Positions 50,896 through 60,887 are shown, numbered from the stretch's first letter. The stretch is 64,000 nt of DNA from Synechococcus sp. (GCA_047284725.1 JBJBEO010000001.1:384001-448000), one strand, 5' to 3'. The notes: generated from the letters alone by a model not told the origin. Made by a program: numbers and translations.

Positions 50896-51174
50896 TCAGC
50901 CATCGGCCTGGCCCTCCAGCAACGGCGACCAGTGCTGTTTTGCTGCACGGGAGCCAAGACGTGTCGCAGAGTTCTGCACACGCCTGGCCTGCATCGAAAG
51001 GGCGTTCAGGCGGTTGACCACCTGCTCCCATTTCCCCTGATCAATCAGCCCCTGCAGCTTCTCCAGATCTGTCGATGCCAGGGCTGCGATGTTCTCCGCG
51101 AGGGTTTTGACACTCATCGGGCCAGGGTTGCCGGTGAGCTTGATCGGCCCCGATGGAACTTCAGGCTTAGCCAT
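50896..51174 (-). CDS. Hypothetical protein of the xis operon
   Basis: Start MAKPEVP with an AGGAGG RBS. Overlaps the upstream stop. Confidence 0.65.
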   Translation of the reverse strand: MAKPEVPSGPIKLTGNPGPMSVKTLAENIAALASTDLEKLQGLIDQGKWEQVVNRLNALSMQARRVQNSATRLGSRAAKQHWSPLLEGQADG

Positions 51175-51397
51175 GGGTGGCCTCCTTCTTGAGTCGGTTC
51201 TGAAGACGTTTGGCATCCCTCAGGTGCTGGTCACGGCTATCCGCAAACAGTTCCCTGGCGGATGGCGACAGGTGTGATTCCTGAAGCCTTTCCTGACAGT
51301 TGGCGGCCAAGCGCAGGGAAGCGGTGAGCTTCTCCTGCGTGGTCATTGCTGGCTGGCGGATCTTTCCATCAGCCGTGACGGTGGCGCGTTTAACCAT
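51167..51397 (-). CDS. Hypothetical protein of the xis operon
   Basis: GGAGG RBS and overlaps on both sides. Confidence 0.65.
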   Translation of the reverse strand: MVKRATVTADGKIRQPAMTTQEKLTASLRLAANCQERLQESHLSPSARELFADSRDQHLRDAKRLQNRLKKEATHG

Positions 51398-51554
51398 TGG
51401 CCTCCCCTTGGAAGTACAGGGTCAGGTCGGTCAGGATCAGCAGCTCCTCCAGGCGGCGTTGCGCCTCGGTGTAAGCCAGGCCACTGGCGACAACAGCTGG
51501 TGGGGTGATCTGCTGTTCCCCGGCACGGGGGCATCGGATCTCGTAGGTGCTCAT
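51390..51554 (-). CDS. Hypothetical protein (54 aa, absent from the ORF track)
   Basis: MSTYEIRCPRAGEQ...YFQGEANG. It fills the operon gap exactly, with an ATGA overlap. Confidence 0.6.
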   Translation of the reverse strand: MSTYEIRCPRAGEQQITPPAVVASGLAYTEAQRRLEELLILTDLTLYFQGEANG

Positions 51555-51757
51555 TTGCCTTCCTCCAGAGCGACGGCGGCATCCAGCAGCGCATTGGCCT
51601 GATCGAAATCACCGATGAGATCAGTGAGTCGTTGGCAGACCAGATCGAGGATGTCCTCGGTCACGGCGCCGACTGGATCACCCAGCACCAGGCAATGAGC
51701 CTTCAGCAAATGCCGAGCCGCTTCGATGTGGTGAGCGGGGAAAGTGTTGGCAGTCAT
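51551..51757 (-). CDS. Hypothetical protein of the xis operon
   Basis: Start MTANTFP, with an ATGA overlap with the xis-like gene. Confidence 0.65.
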   Translation of the reverse strand: MTANTFPAHHIEAARHLLKAHCLVLGDPVGAVTEDILDLVCQRLTDLIGDFDQANALLDAAVALEEGK

Positions 51758-51960
51758 GCGCCCACCTCCGCAGTCCAAGCCGCGCTGGTGCGTTCCTGAT
51801 GCCACTGCCATGGGGCTTGGACTGATGGAGTTGATCGCCGGTAGTGGCGGCCCTCGATCAGAAACTCATGCTTGAGGCGATAGTGCGACAGCGTCCTGGG
51901 GGAGATGCCCAAGGCACGCGCCATCGCTTGGGTCGAAACCCAAACTTCCTGTTCAGACAT
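51754..51960 (-). CDS. Excisionase-like (MerR/AlpA-type) HTH protein
   Basis: WVSTQAMARALGISPRTL...EGRHYRR, located next to the integrase. Confidence 0.8.
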   Translation of the reverse strand: MSEQEVWVSTQAMARALGISPRTLSHYRLKHEFLIEGRHYRRSTPSVQAPWQWHQERTSAAWTAEVGA

Positions 51961-52269
51961 TGATTGATTGATTTGCGGGGTTGGAACCGCATTGCCCGGC
52001 TTTTGGCCTGGGGCGAGCAGGAGTCACGGACTCCAATTGCATGTGCTCGGCCAACAGTTCGACTCAGCTCCCGAAGGCGGTTGGGGCCACGGACCACCAA
52101 TCCCAGAAAACTGACCGAGTCGCTTATCAGCTGTCTCGAACTTATTCACCGCTGGCGTATGTGCAACCCTGCCAGCAGTTTTTGACGCTAGGGATAGTGT
52201 CAAACCAATAAAAAGCCCCCTGGCCGGGGCCCTCATTGGGGGCCCTGACAACCAGGGGTGTGCGATGGA

Positions 52270-53457
52270 TCAGACGTGCTCAAGCACGTCCGCCGCTTTG
52301 CACCACTCGTAGGAATCGATGTGGGTATTCAATGAATGCCCCATCGCCACACTCATGGGCTCGGGCCGACGTCCAGCGCGGTGACCGCGAAGCGAATATG
52401 CGTTGCGGAATGAATAGCCTTTCAGCCACTCCCCGCAATCGTCGTACTGCTTCTTGAGTTCAACCCAAACTGGCTGACGGTCAAGAAAGGTACGCAGGGC
52501 GTACTTATTCCCGACCATGTCAGGCAGAGACAGCTGACCAATCGCCATGGCTCCGACTAAGTTCCAGTCCACCTGAGCGCCGGATGCGTCAGTTAGAGGC
52601 AGAGGCATCAACCAACGAGGCTTCGTCTGACCCTTCTTATTGACCTTCACACGAGGGCAATAGAGGGCAGGCTCACCAGTGTTGGGATGCTCTCGAACCA
52701 CCACGCTGTTGACCTCGACCGGACGGAGTCCATAGAGAGCCATGAGCGCGATGGCGTTCCACCAACGACTGCCAGCTGCACTCTCGGGGAGCGAATCAAG
52801 CAATCGGAGGATCTCGACATCTGAGGGGCATGCAACCTCGCGACGCTTAGAGGCAGGACCTCGAAGCTGTTTGGCGGCACGGTCAGTCAGTGTCCAGCTT
52901 GCGGCTGGCAGGTGGTGATCTTCGACGCAGAAGTCGAGGAACTTGCGCAAAGACTCAACAGCCTTTTTGCGTTCGCCCGGCTTATCCGCCCAAGTCTTCA
53001 CCACAGCACCGACCAACCCCTTTGCATTCACAGGAGCATTTGCTCCGGCGAGCAGCTCAAGAGCGCGATCTAGGTACGGCTTGTAGCCGCGTTCCCAGGT
53101 CACGTCCTTGATCTGGCTCAGGGCCATCAGATCGTCGTGGAACTTCTCCAGCAGAGTTGGCCACTGAGTCGCAGAGCTGGGCTGTGTCGCAGGGACAGAA
53201 CCGAACTCACGATCCAGTGCATCGGCCAGATCAACACCGGCATCCACGGAATCGTGAAGGCGGGTGATCAGCGCGACGGCGTCAACAACCGTGTCACCTG
53301 CCCAGGCAAGGGGGAGAGTCTTGGAGACGCCGTTGGCACCACCAGCACCAGAGCGAACGCTCAGGCGGATGGAACCACGGGACTCCTTGACCGACCAACC
53401 CTTGGGGCAAGCGGCACGGAGGCGAGCAACCCACTTAGGTGATTTGGACTGAGACAT
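52270..53457 (-). CDS. Tyrosine recombinase (integrase)
   Basis: YGLRPVE, a Lys loop, YSFR (Tyr in place of the HxxR His), and MGHS...H...Y. Start MSQSKS assumed. Confidence 0.92.
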   Translation of the reverse strand: MSQSKSPKWVARLRAACPKGWSVKESRGSIRLSVRSGAGGANGVSKTLPLAWAGDTVVDAVALITRLHDSVDAGVDLADALDREFGSVPATQPSSATQWPTLLEKFHDDLMALSQIKDVTWERGYKPYLDRALELLAGANAPVNAKGLVGAVVKTWADKPGERKKAVESLRKFLDFCVEDHHLPAASWTLTDRAAKQLRGPASKRREVACPSDVEILRLLDSLPESAAGSRWWNAIALMALYGLRPVEVNSVVVREHPNTGEPALYCPRVKVNKKGQTKPRWLMPLPLTDASGAQVDWNLVGAMAIGQLSLPDMVGNKYALRTFLDRQPVWVELKKQYDDCGEWLKGYSFRNAYSLRGHRAGRRPEPMSVAMGHSLNTHIDSYEWCKAADVLEHV

Positions 53458-53609
53458 AGAACAGGGCCAGAGCGAATCTGGTCGTGTTGTCTCCACTGCG
53501 TGGGAGACAGTCACGCGCCGTTTTGAAGCCACGGACGCGGGCGCTGTTCCATGGCCCTGCCCACACCACTCAAGTGCTGCTGGAGAACCACGCCGGCAAT
53601 TTCACGCGC

Positions 53610-53755
53610 CACCGGGGGCGAGGTTGCCTAGCTCTCGGGAGGCAACTTCCGCCAGGCAACTCCCTGGTGAAGACGGTCCCTCGAGGCGACACCCGAGGTA
53701 TGCCCCCCGTGTTGTTCACCGAGTCGGGGAACTCGGGAGAGGGCCACGCCCCCTC
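53610..53755. ncRNA. Putative structured RNA between the att site and the integrase
   Basis: A closing stem encloses three hairpins, followed by two more hairpins. G-U pairs favour the + strand. Confidence 0.4.
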
Positions 53756-53773
53756 GACAAATTCAATGTGACA

Positions 53774-53900
53774 CAAAAGTGGGCACGTACAAGCGTGGGT
53801 CATCAATTCTCATCAGAAACTCATCTGACGCCGCTAGCTCGTCAGAGTGGGCACGAAGTGGGCGCGCAGCGGTTTCAGGGGGTGGGCACGCTGTGCCCAT
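53774..53900. promoter_or_regulatory. Cluster of GTGGGCAC putative arm-type sites
   Basis: Copies near 53774, 53846 and 53856 (variant), and an inverted pair at 53882..53900. Confidence 0.6.
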
Positions 53901-53927
53901 TTCCCTCGGATCCCTTGCAATGACTAA

Positions 53928-54000
53928 AGCCGATGACCTGACTTGAACAGGCGACCCACGCTTTACGAAAGCGTTGCTCTACCAGCTGAGCTACATCGGC
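53928..54000 (-). tRNA. tRNA-Thr(CGT)
   Basis: GCCGATGTAGCTCAGCTGGTAGAGCAACGCT-TTCGTAA-AGCGTGGGTCGCCTGTTCAAGTCAGGTCATCGGCT folds as a cloverleaf. Confidence 0.97.
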
Positions 54001-54041
54001 ATCGAAAGGAACTTAACATTCGGCATTGCGATACCAAGCGA

Positions 54042-54299
54042 TTGAACGGTCAGAACGCAAGGAGTCAGTTGGATCCGGACCTGAAAAAAAGGTTGCTGCA
54101 GGAGTCACGCACTCCCTGGAGGGGGCTGCGGAGACTGGTCTGGTTGGCTCTGTTCGCTTCCGGAGGTCTCGGACTCTTCGTGATGAGCTTTCGGCTCAGT
54201 GCGGGAGAGACTGTCGTTGGCTCCGATCTCCTGATTCAAGCTGGCGCTGTCATCCTCTTCGGAGCTCTGTTGTGGTTTGACCGTTCCAGAGAGGGTTGA
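54042..54299 (+). CDS. DUF3493-like small membrane protein
   Basis: LKKRLLQESRTPWRGLRR followed by two TM helices. Start uncertain. Confidence 0.75.
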   Translation: MNGQNARSQLDPDLKKRLLQESRTPWRGLRRLVWLALFASGGLGLFVMSFRLSAGETVVGSDLLIQAGAVILFGALLWFDRSREG

Positions 54300-55118
54300 A
54301 GCCGTCGGATCGGCGGTTGTCCTACTCTCCTCCTGATCGGATGCTGGCGTGAAGTCAGCATCAGCACGATCGCTGGGCGATGGCTCAGGCTCTGATTCGT
54401 TCGCCACCACGGGGGGGGCTTGGGTGCCGATCTCCGATGCTTGGGAGGGTGTCTTCTGCAGAGCGGGATCGCTGGCCACTGACGGAGTCGCGACCGCGCT
54501 TGCTGGGTCGCCTGGTGATGGCGTTCTTGTTGCCCAATCAAGTGGTGGCAGCTGAATCACGCCAAGGCCAATCGAAAGGCATGCCTCTCGCCAGTCACTC
54601 TCCGATGCCGCTGAGTCTGCAGCCGTTGCATCGTCTCGTCGGATCAGCAGCCAGAAACACTGCACGAGCTGATGCCACTGCCAGAGCAGTAGGGCCAGGA
54701 GTGGGGTCGCGAGCAAAAGGCTGCCAAGACGGCTGCCGTTGCTGAATGGCGACAGGTCAGCCACGAGCAGAGCGGAGGTATCAATCCACCACAACACCAT
54801 CAGAAGGGGAACCACCCCTGCTGCGGCGATGAGCTTCACTGGCAACGTCTGAAGATCACGGCTCAGCTGCTGCTGAGATCGGTCTCGACCCTGGAGGGGT
54901 AAGCGCACCAGGAGCAAGGACCCCCAGTCGGGTGGGCGTTTCCAGAACAACACGGCAGGAGCCAAGGCTCCGATCGCCCAGGCAAGGATCCGTTCCAACC
55001 CTGGAAGAGAGCCAAGATCGGATCCAGCGAGCACCAGACGCAGCAAAAGCAACTCCAGCGGAATGGCTCCGATGGCGAGGAACTGAAGCCACAGCAGGGG
55101 CTCGCGGCGAGAACTCAC
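54105..55118 (-). CDS. Membrane protein with a low-complexity tail, conserved in cyanobacteria
   Basis: RREPLLWLQ N-terminus, four TM helices, and a Ser/Pro/Glu-rich tail. Confidence 0.8.
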   Translation of the reverse strand: MSSRREPLLWLQFLAIGAIPLELLLLRLVLAGSDLGSLPGLERILAWAIGALAPAVLFWKRPPDWGSLLLVRLPLQGRDRSQQQLSRDLQTLPVKLIAAAGVVPLLMVLWWIDTSALLVADLSPFSNGSRLGSLLLATPLLALLLWQWHQLVQCFWLLIRRDDATAADSAASESDWREACLSIGLGVIQLPPLDWATRTPSPGDPASAVATPSVASDPALQKTPSQASEIGTQAPPVVANESEPEPSPSDRADADFTPASDQEESRTTADPTASTLSGTVKPQQSSEEDDSASLNQEIGANDSLSRTEPKAHHEESETSGSEQSQPDQSPQPPPGSA

Positions 55119-55144
55119 GGTGATCTGGGCAGAGGGCGAAGCGG

Positions 55145-58100
55145 TCAGGTGCTGAGCTTGCGACGTTGGGTCACCATCTTGAAGCCTTCAATCCGATCAC
55201 CTTCCTGCCAGTTGGCAAAACGATCGCAGCCGATGCCGCACTCGAAACCAGTGGCAATTTCCTTGACGTCGTCTTTGTTGCGACGCAGAGAGTCGAGATC
55301 GCCTTCGAACACCACTTCCTTGCCGCGACGCACGCGCACCTTGCAGTTGCGTTGCAGCTTGCCGTTGGTGATGTAACAACCGGCCACAGCACTCTTGCCG
55401 ATGGTAAAGACGGCACGCACTTCGGCCTCTCCCAGGGCTTCTTCCACCAGCTCTGGTTCCAACAGGCCTTCCATTGCCAGTTGAATGTCTTCCAGCAGTT
55501 TGTAGATCACGTCGTAATCGCGCACATCTACGCCTGTTGCATCAGCAGCGCGCTTGGCGCCAGACGCCATGGACGTGTTGAAGCCAACGATCACCGCACC
55601 GGATGCGGCGGCCAGATCCACGTCGGTTTCGGTGATTTCCCCTGGTGCTGAGAGCAGGACTCGCACCTGTACTTCATCTTTGGGAAGCTGCTCCAGTGAT
55701 CCGAGAATTGCTTCAACACTTCCCTGCACGTCGGCTTTGAGGATGAGGTTGAGCTCCTTGAGTTCCCCATCGCTGGCCTGACCGGACATGGCGGTGAGGG
55801 ACACCCGTCGGGAGGCCATTTGTTGTGCCAGTCGCGTGGCACGGGCGTCGGAGGCGCGATCGCCAACCACAGCGCGGGCTGACTTTTCGTCGGGGTACAC
55901 CTCAAACTCATCGCCCGCCGTCGGCACTTCGCTGAAGCCCAGCGCTTCCACGGCGAAGGAAGGACCGGCTGCCTTCATGCGCTTGCCGGCATCGTCGACC
56001 ATGGCCCGAACCTTGCCGAGAACGGGGCCTGCAGCCAGAACATCACCGGTCTTCAGGGTGCCGTTCTGCACCAGCAGGGTTGCAACGGGACCCTTGGCCT
56101 TGTCGAGGTGGGCTTCGATCACGGTGCCTCGAGCCAGGCGATCAGGGTTCGCCTGCAGGTCTTCCACTTCGGTGACCAGCAGGATCATCTCCAGCAGTTT
56201 GTCGATGTTCTCGCCTTTGATGGCGCTCACGGGCACCATCACCACATCACCACCCCATTCCTCCGCAAGCAGGTTCTGCTCGGATAGCTCCTGCTTGACC
56301 CGGTCGGGGGAGGCGCCTTCCTTATCGCACTTGTTGATGGCGACAACGATGGGCACTTCAGCGGCGCGGGCGTGGCTGATGGCTTCCAGCGTCTGAGGGC
56401 GAACACCGTCATCTGCCGCCACCACAAGCACGGCCACGTCGGTGACCTTGGTGCCGCGGGCGCGCATGGCGGTGAACGCTTCGTGACCGGGGGTGTCGAG
56501 GAAGGTGATCTTGCGCGGTTCCTTGTTGTGCTCGATCTCGACCTGATAGGCACCGATGTGCTGCGTGATTCCGCCGGCTTCGCCAGCAGCCACACGAGCC
56601 TTGCGGATCGCATCGAGCAAGCTGGTTTTGCCGTGGTCGACATGGCCCATCACGGTGACCACGGGTGGACGGCGAATCAAATGTTCGAGGTCTTTCTCCT
56701 CGATCATTTCGACAGTCTTCTTCGCTGCCTCTTCCACGTCGTCCTGCAGCACAGGGACCCCGAATTCATCGGCCACCGCTTCGATGGTGGGCATGTCCAA
56801 CGTCTGGGTGACCGTGGCGATGATCCCTTTGAAGAAGAGGGATTTGATGATCTCGGAGCTTTCCACGCTGAGCATGTCAGCGAGTTCCTGCACCGTGAGG
56901 TTGTCCTCCGGTACCACGATCATCTCGGGCCGCACCTGCTTGGCCTCGCGGGCAGCGCGCAGTTCCATTGCCCGACGACGCTGACGCTGGCGAGTGGTCT
57001 CCTTGCGTCGCTTGCGCAAGGCGGCAACCGGTTTCGGCGTGGTGCGTTGCTGTGATTTGGGCTTCGCCGGGCGAGCCAGGCTCGCCGACAGCACCATGGC
57101 CTGCTGTTCGCCGGCGAAGCCGCCGGTTTGTGCTGCCAACGCATCATCGTTTTCACCGATGATGTGAACCTTCTGGCGCTGCTTCTGAGGAGACCGGCTG
57201 CGCAGTGCTTCCAGCTTGGCGCTGTCGTCCCAATCGGGGCGGCCGGGGCGGCGTTGGCCGCCGGCTCCGGGAGCGGGGCGATAGCCAGGTCGACGGGGAG
57301 CGGTCGCCGGGGTCGGAGGTTGAGCAGGACGCGCCATCGGAGGCACGGCCTTGCGTCCGGAGGAATCCTCACTGCGGGGAGCAACGGGAGACCCGTCTGG
57401 ACGGCGCGGTGGCGGGGCACTGGGACGACCACTGGGCTTCTGCAGCTGCATGAGCTGTCCGGGTGCCACCGGCTTGCGCATCCCGCTCGGCATGCCGCCG
57501 GGACGGGTGGGTCCTGCGGGACGACCGCTGCTGTCACGGCCACCACCACTGGAACCATCACGGCGAATCGGCTTGCCGACGAGCTCCAGGGAGTTGCCAG
57601 CCGCAGGACGGCCTGCACCGGAGCGGCCGGTGTTGGGTCGACCGGCGCCGGGGCGTGTCGGGGCGCCTGGCCGCTGGGGCGCACCAGGGCGCTGGGGCAT
57701 GGCAGGGCGCTGGTTCTGGGCACCTGGCTGGGTGGGACGCGGGCTCACCCCAGGTCGCTGACCTCCTCCCGGTTTGGTGGGAGGGCCAGGGGGGCGCTTG
57801 GGCTGGGGGCGACCCACCAATTCAGGCTTGGAAGCTGGCCGCTGCGGTGCGGGAGCGCTGCGCTTCACCGGGGGTGGAGCCGATGGCCTCGGTGTGCCGC
57901 CGGATTTGGCCTGAACCGGGCGCGGGCTCGGGTTGAGCGGCTTGCCGGCTGCGGATCTGGCATTGGCTCCCGCGGGTCGAGCTGGTGGGGCTGTGGGTTT
58001 GGTGGAGGTGCTTGGCTTGGGTGCGGCACTGACGACCGTGGGCCGTGCTGGAGGGGCCTTGGCCGCCGTGGTGGGCTTGGAGGGCGTTGGTGCAGGGCGG

Positions 58101-58522
58101 CTGACAGGGGCACTGGGTGCTGCCTGGCGTGCGACCGGTTGTTTCGGAGCTGAGGGAGCTGCGGGTTTGGTGGCTTGGCTCGCCGCCGCAGGTCTGGTTG
58201 GAGCCGGCACAGGTGTGGCGGGTGCGGGCTTGGCCGGGGCCGATGCCACGGGTTTGGCTGGTGACTTCGGTGACGCCGCTGCCGGTGCATCAGCCTTCTT
58301 TACCGAAAGAATGGCTTTGCCGGCAGGGGATTTCGCAGGGGGTGCCGGCTGACTGCCTTTCCTGAGCAGGCCCCGGATTTTTCCTGCTTCCGCCTCACTG
58401 ATGGAGCTGCTGTGGCTTTTCGCCGCAATGGACAGCTTTTCAGCGGCGTCGAGCACGTCCTTGTTGTCCAGACCTAGGTCCTTCGACAACTCATAAATTC
58501 TGACTTTGCCGCTGCTGGTCAT
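55145..58522 (-). CDS. infB: Translation initiation factor IF-2
   Basis: [26 protein letters not shown] and DTPGHEAF. Confidence 0.98.
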   Translation of the reverse strand: MTSSGKVRIYELSKDLGLDNKDVLDAAEKLSIAAKSHSSSISEAEAGKIRGLLRKGSQPAPPAKSPAGKAILSVKKADAPAAASPKSPAKPVASAPAKPAPATPVPAPTRPAAASQATKPAAPSAPKQPVARQAAPSAPVSRPAPTPSKPTTAAKAPPARPTVVSAAPKPSTSTKPTAPPARPAGANARSAAGKPLNPSPRPVQAKSGGTPRPSAPPPVKRSAPAPQRPASKPELVGRPQPKRPPGPPTKPGGGQRPGVSPRPTQPGAQNQRPAMPQRPGAPQRPGAPTRPGAGRPNTGRSGAGRPAAGNSLELVGKPIRRDGSSGGGRDSSGRPAGPTRPGGMPSGMRKPVAPGQLMQLQKPSGRPSAPPPRRPDGSPVAPRSEDSSGRKAVPPMARPAQPPTPATAPRRPGYRPAPGAGGQRRPGRPDWDDSAKLEALRSRSPQKQRQKVHIIGENDDALAAQTGGFAGEQQAMVLSASLARPAKPKSQQRTTPKPVAALRKRRKETTRQRQRRRAMELRAAREAKQVRPEMIVVPEDNLTVQELADMLSVESSEIIKSLFFKGIIATVTQTLDMPTIEAVADEFGVPVLQDDVEEAAKKTVEMIEEKDLEHLIRRPPVVTVMGHVDHGKTSLLDAIRKARVAAGEAGGITQHIGAYQVEIEHNKEPRKITFLDTPGHEAFTAMRARGTKVTDVAVLVVAADDGVRPQTLEAISHARAAEVPIVVAINKCDKEGASPDRVKQELSEQNLLAEEWGGDVVMVPVSAIKGENIDKLLEMILLVTEVEDLQANPDRLARGTVIEAHLDKAKGPVATLLVQNGTLKTGDVLAAGPVLGKVRAMVDDAGKRMKAAGPSFAVEALGFSEVPTAGDEFEVYPDEKSARAVVGDRASDARATRLAQQMASRRVSLTAMSGQASDGELKELNLILKADVQGSVEAILGSLEQLPKDEVQVRVLLSAPGEITETDVDLAAASGAVIVGFNTSMASGAKRAADATGVDVRDYDVIYKLLEDIQLAMEGLLEPELVEEALGEAEVRAVFTIGKSAVAGCYITNGKLQRNCKVRVRRGKEVVFEGDLDSLRRNKDDVKEIATGFECGIGCDRFANWQEGDRIEGFKMVTQRRKLST

Positions 58523-58611
58523 TCAGGTCTCCGATCGGTCCGGGCACGGGGTGCCTGGGGCTCTAGACAAGCGAGAGCCAATGTTCATCTTGCCTCAGCG
58601 GCCGTTGCTCT

Positions 58612-58866
58612 TCAAAGAGAGAGCCGCTCCTGCAACGCCTCCACAACGCTGTCGGGCACCTGACAGCGCAGGGCCTTGTTCAGTCGTTTGCGACGGCGTG
58701 CCTCATCTAGGCAGGCCTCCGTCGGGCAGAGATAGGCCGAACGGCCCATCCCCCGATCAAGGAGGACCCCATCCTTATGGTCGCGAATCACGCGCCAGAG
58801 CAGGCTGCGATCCAGCAACTGCCGACAGGCTACGCAGCGACGCAGGACAGGGCGTGAGTCGTTCAC
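58612..58866 (-). CDS. ylxR: YlxR/DUF448 RNA-binding protein
   Basis: RRCVACR and GRSAYLCP. Lies between nusA and infB. Confidence 0.9.
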   Translation of the reverse strand: MNDSRPVLRRCVACRQLLDRSLLWRVIRDHKDGVLLDRGMGRSAYLCPTEACLDEARRRKRLNKALRCQVPDSVVEALQERLSL

Positions 58867-60335
58867 CGGGTTCCGTCCTCGTCGTTCTCGATCACGGATT
58901 CGCCGTCGCCTCCAGTCTCGTCGGTGGACTCGGCCACGTCGTGCTCGAACTCAGTCGCGTCGTTGTCTTCGCCAGCAGTCGATGCCATGTCTGACTCAGC
59001 GCTTTGCTCTTGCTCCTTGTCTTCGAGTCCGTAGTCCTCTTCGTCTTCGGGCAGTGGGTAGAGCTCGCGCAGGCGTGCATCTTCCTCAGCGCGGGCAGCT
59101 TGCTCAGCGGCAAGGCGCTCTTCAGCTTCCCGTTGCAGGGCTTCCTCTTCTTCACGCTGAGCGATCAGTTCAGCCACCACGGAGTCTTCCGTGGCCTGGT
59201 CGTATTCCTGGGAGTTCTTGATGTCGATCTTCCAGCCTGTGAGGCGTGCAGCGAGCCGCACGTTCTGACCTTCCCGTCCAATCGCCAGGCTCAGTTGATC
59301 GGGGGGAACCAAGACGTGGGCGTGCTGCCCAACGGGATCCACCAATCGCACCATTTCCACCCGTGCCGGGCTGAGGGAATTGGCGATGTACTGACCAGGA
59401 TCTTGGGACCAACGGATCACATCAATTTTTTCGCCACGCAGCTCGTTCACGACCTGTTGAATGCGTGAGCCTCGGGCGCCGATACATGCACCGACAGGAT
59501 CCACTTCCCGTTCAATACTGTCGACTGCGACCTTGGTGCGAGGGCCGACGGAACGGGAGGGTGGGTTGGCTTCACGAGCCACCGCAACGATTCGGACAGA
59601 GCCCTCCTGGATCTCAGGAACTTCGTTCTCAAACAGATAAACAACAAGACCTGCGTTGGCGCGGCTCACAAACAGCTGTGGGCCGCGGCGAGGCACTTCG
59701 CTCACCTCCTTGAGGAACACTTTGAAGGTGGCATTGGCGCGGTAGTTGTCATTGGGCAGCTGGTCGCGCCGAGGCAGTTCCGCTTCCACTTCGGGTCGAC
59801 CCAGCCCCGAACTCACTGCCATGATCACCGACTGACGTTCGAAACGAATCACACGTGCAGTCAGCACGGGGTCTTCGAGGTCGGCGAACTCCTCCTGAAT
59901 CATGCGCCGCTGCTGATCGCGCAATTTCTGGGCCAGCACCTGCTTGGTGGTGGCTGCAGCCATGCGACCGAACTCTTCCTTCTCAGGGGTGACATCCAGC
60001 ACGACCGTGTCGCCCACCTGGGCGTCATCGGCCACCTGCATCACCTCGGCCAAGGCGATCTGGTGATCATCGCTTTCCACTTCCTCAACGATGATCTTGC
60101 TGGCTAGAACCCTGTACCCCTCTTCATCAAGATCGAGGCCTACGTCAAAATTGCTGAAATAGTCTTCGTCGAAGGGATCCTCATTGATTCCCAGATAAAG
60201 CGTGCGTCGATAGCGCTCATAGCCCTTCAGCAACGCCTCGCGCAGAGCAGCTTCAACAACCTGAGGAGGCAGCTTCTTCTCTTCGCTGATGTCGTCGATC
60301 AGGTTGGTGAGGCCGGGGAGGAGAACGAGTGCCAT
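58863..60335 (-). CDS. nusA: Transcription factor NusA
   Basis: FGRMAA...KQ, EVPEI, DPVGACIG and LSLAIGREGQNVRLAA. Confidence 0.97.
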   Translation of the reverse strand: MALVLLPGLTNLIDDISEEKKLPPQVVEAALREALLKGYERYRRTLYLGINEDPFDEDYFSNFDVGLDLDEEGYRVLASKIIVEEVESDDHQIALAEVMQVADDAQVGDTVVLDVTPEKEEFGRMAAATTKQVLAQKLRDQQRRMIQEEFADLEDPVLTARVIRFERQSVIMAVSSGLGRPEVEAELPRRDQLPNDNYRANATFKVFLKEVSEVPRRGPQLFVSRANAGLVVYLFENEVPEIQEGSVRIVAVAREANPPSRSVGPRTKVAVDSIEREVDPVGACIGARGSRIQQVVNELRGEKIDVIRWSQDPGQYIANSLSPARVEMVRLVDPVGQHAHVLVPPDQLSLAIGREGQNVRLAARLTGWKIDIKNSQEYDQATEDSVVAELIAQREEEEALQREAEERLAAEQAARAEEDARLRELYPLPEDEEDYGLEDKEQEQSAESDMASTAGEDNDATEFEHDVAESTDETGGDGESVIENDEDGTR

Positions 60336-60405
60336 TGAAGGCTGAAGTCGGTGATGGGTTGGGGGAGTCGGGGCGGAGTCAGCCCCGAGGGATGGTGTGG
60401 ATCAA

Positions 60406-60873
60406 CTAGCTGGTCGGGCTGGTCAAGCGAACACGGCGGATTGTGGCGCGAACAACGCGCTTGACCCGCCCCTTGATGTTGATCTCGAGGTGGTCAGCAG
60501 TGCGTTCAAGCAGAGACCCTGCCAGGGTTTGCTCATTGCCTTGATCATCGTCGAAATCGACCTCAACAGGAAATCCCCTGAAGGTCTGGAAATCACGATC
60601 ATTTTGAAGCAGATCGCCAATCCCAGGGCTGCTGATTTCGAGCACATAGGCTTCATTCAGCAATGTCGACGCTTCGATCGCATCGCCGATTGGTCCGCTG
60701 AGGCCGGCGCAATCGTCGAGGCTGACATCTTCGCCACCCACACGCCGAATCTGGATCTGCACCGTCATCGGGCGCAGATGTGTCAGCAGCTGGAGATCTG
60801 CCACCTCGAATCCATGCTCCGTAGCCGTTTGGGCGGCCACTGAGGTGAGATCGGGCAGAAGGGGGTGGGGCAA
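60406..60873 (-). CDS. rimP: Ribosome maturation factor RimP
   Basis: VSLDDC and YVLEISSPGI. First gene of the operon. Confidence 0.93.
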   Translation of the reverse strand: MPHPLLPDLTSVAAQTATEHGFEVADLQLLTHLRPMTVQIQIRRVGGEDVSLDDCAGLSGPIGDAIEASTLLNEAYVLEISSPGIGDLLQNDRDFQTFRGFPVEVDFDDDQGNEQTLAGSLLERTADHLEINIKGRVKRVVRATIRRVRLTSPTS

Positions 60874-60887
60874 CGAGTGAGAGGAGT

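Larger units (their letters stand above)
37197..53969. mobile_element. 16.7-kb tRNA-Thr-integrated phage-satellite-like element (PICI/tycheposon-like) encoding TerS-like and TerL proteins
   Basis: Flanking 44-bp repeats, integrase next to the intact tRNA, and xis-like, helicase, primase-helicase and terminase genes. Confidence 0.93.

Noticed and set aside
53662..53694. Hammerhead-like reading (ctggtgaag...cgacac)
   Set aside because: The CUGAnGA and GAAA core bases are not matched and stem II is weak.
53943..54041. N-terminal extension of ORF 53943..54299
   Set aside because: It overlaps tRNA-Thr on the opposite strand, so the real start is downstream.
56920..58365. Many long overlapping ORFs and short repeats
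   Set aside because: Alternative frames of the Pro/Ala/Gly-rich IF-2 N-terminus.
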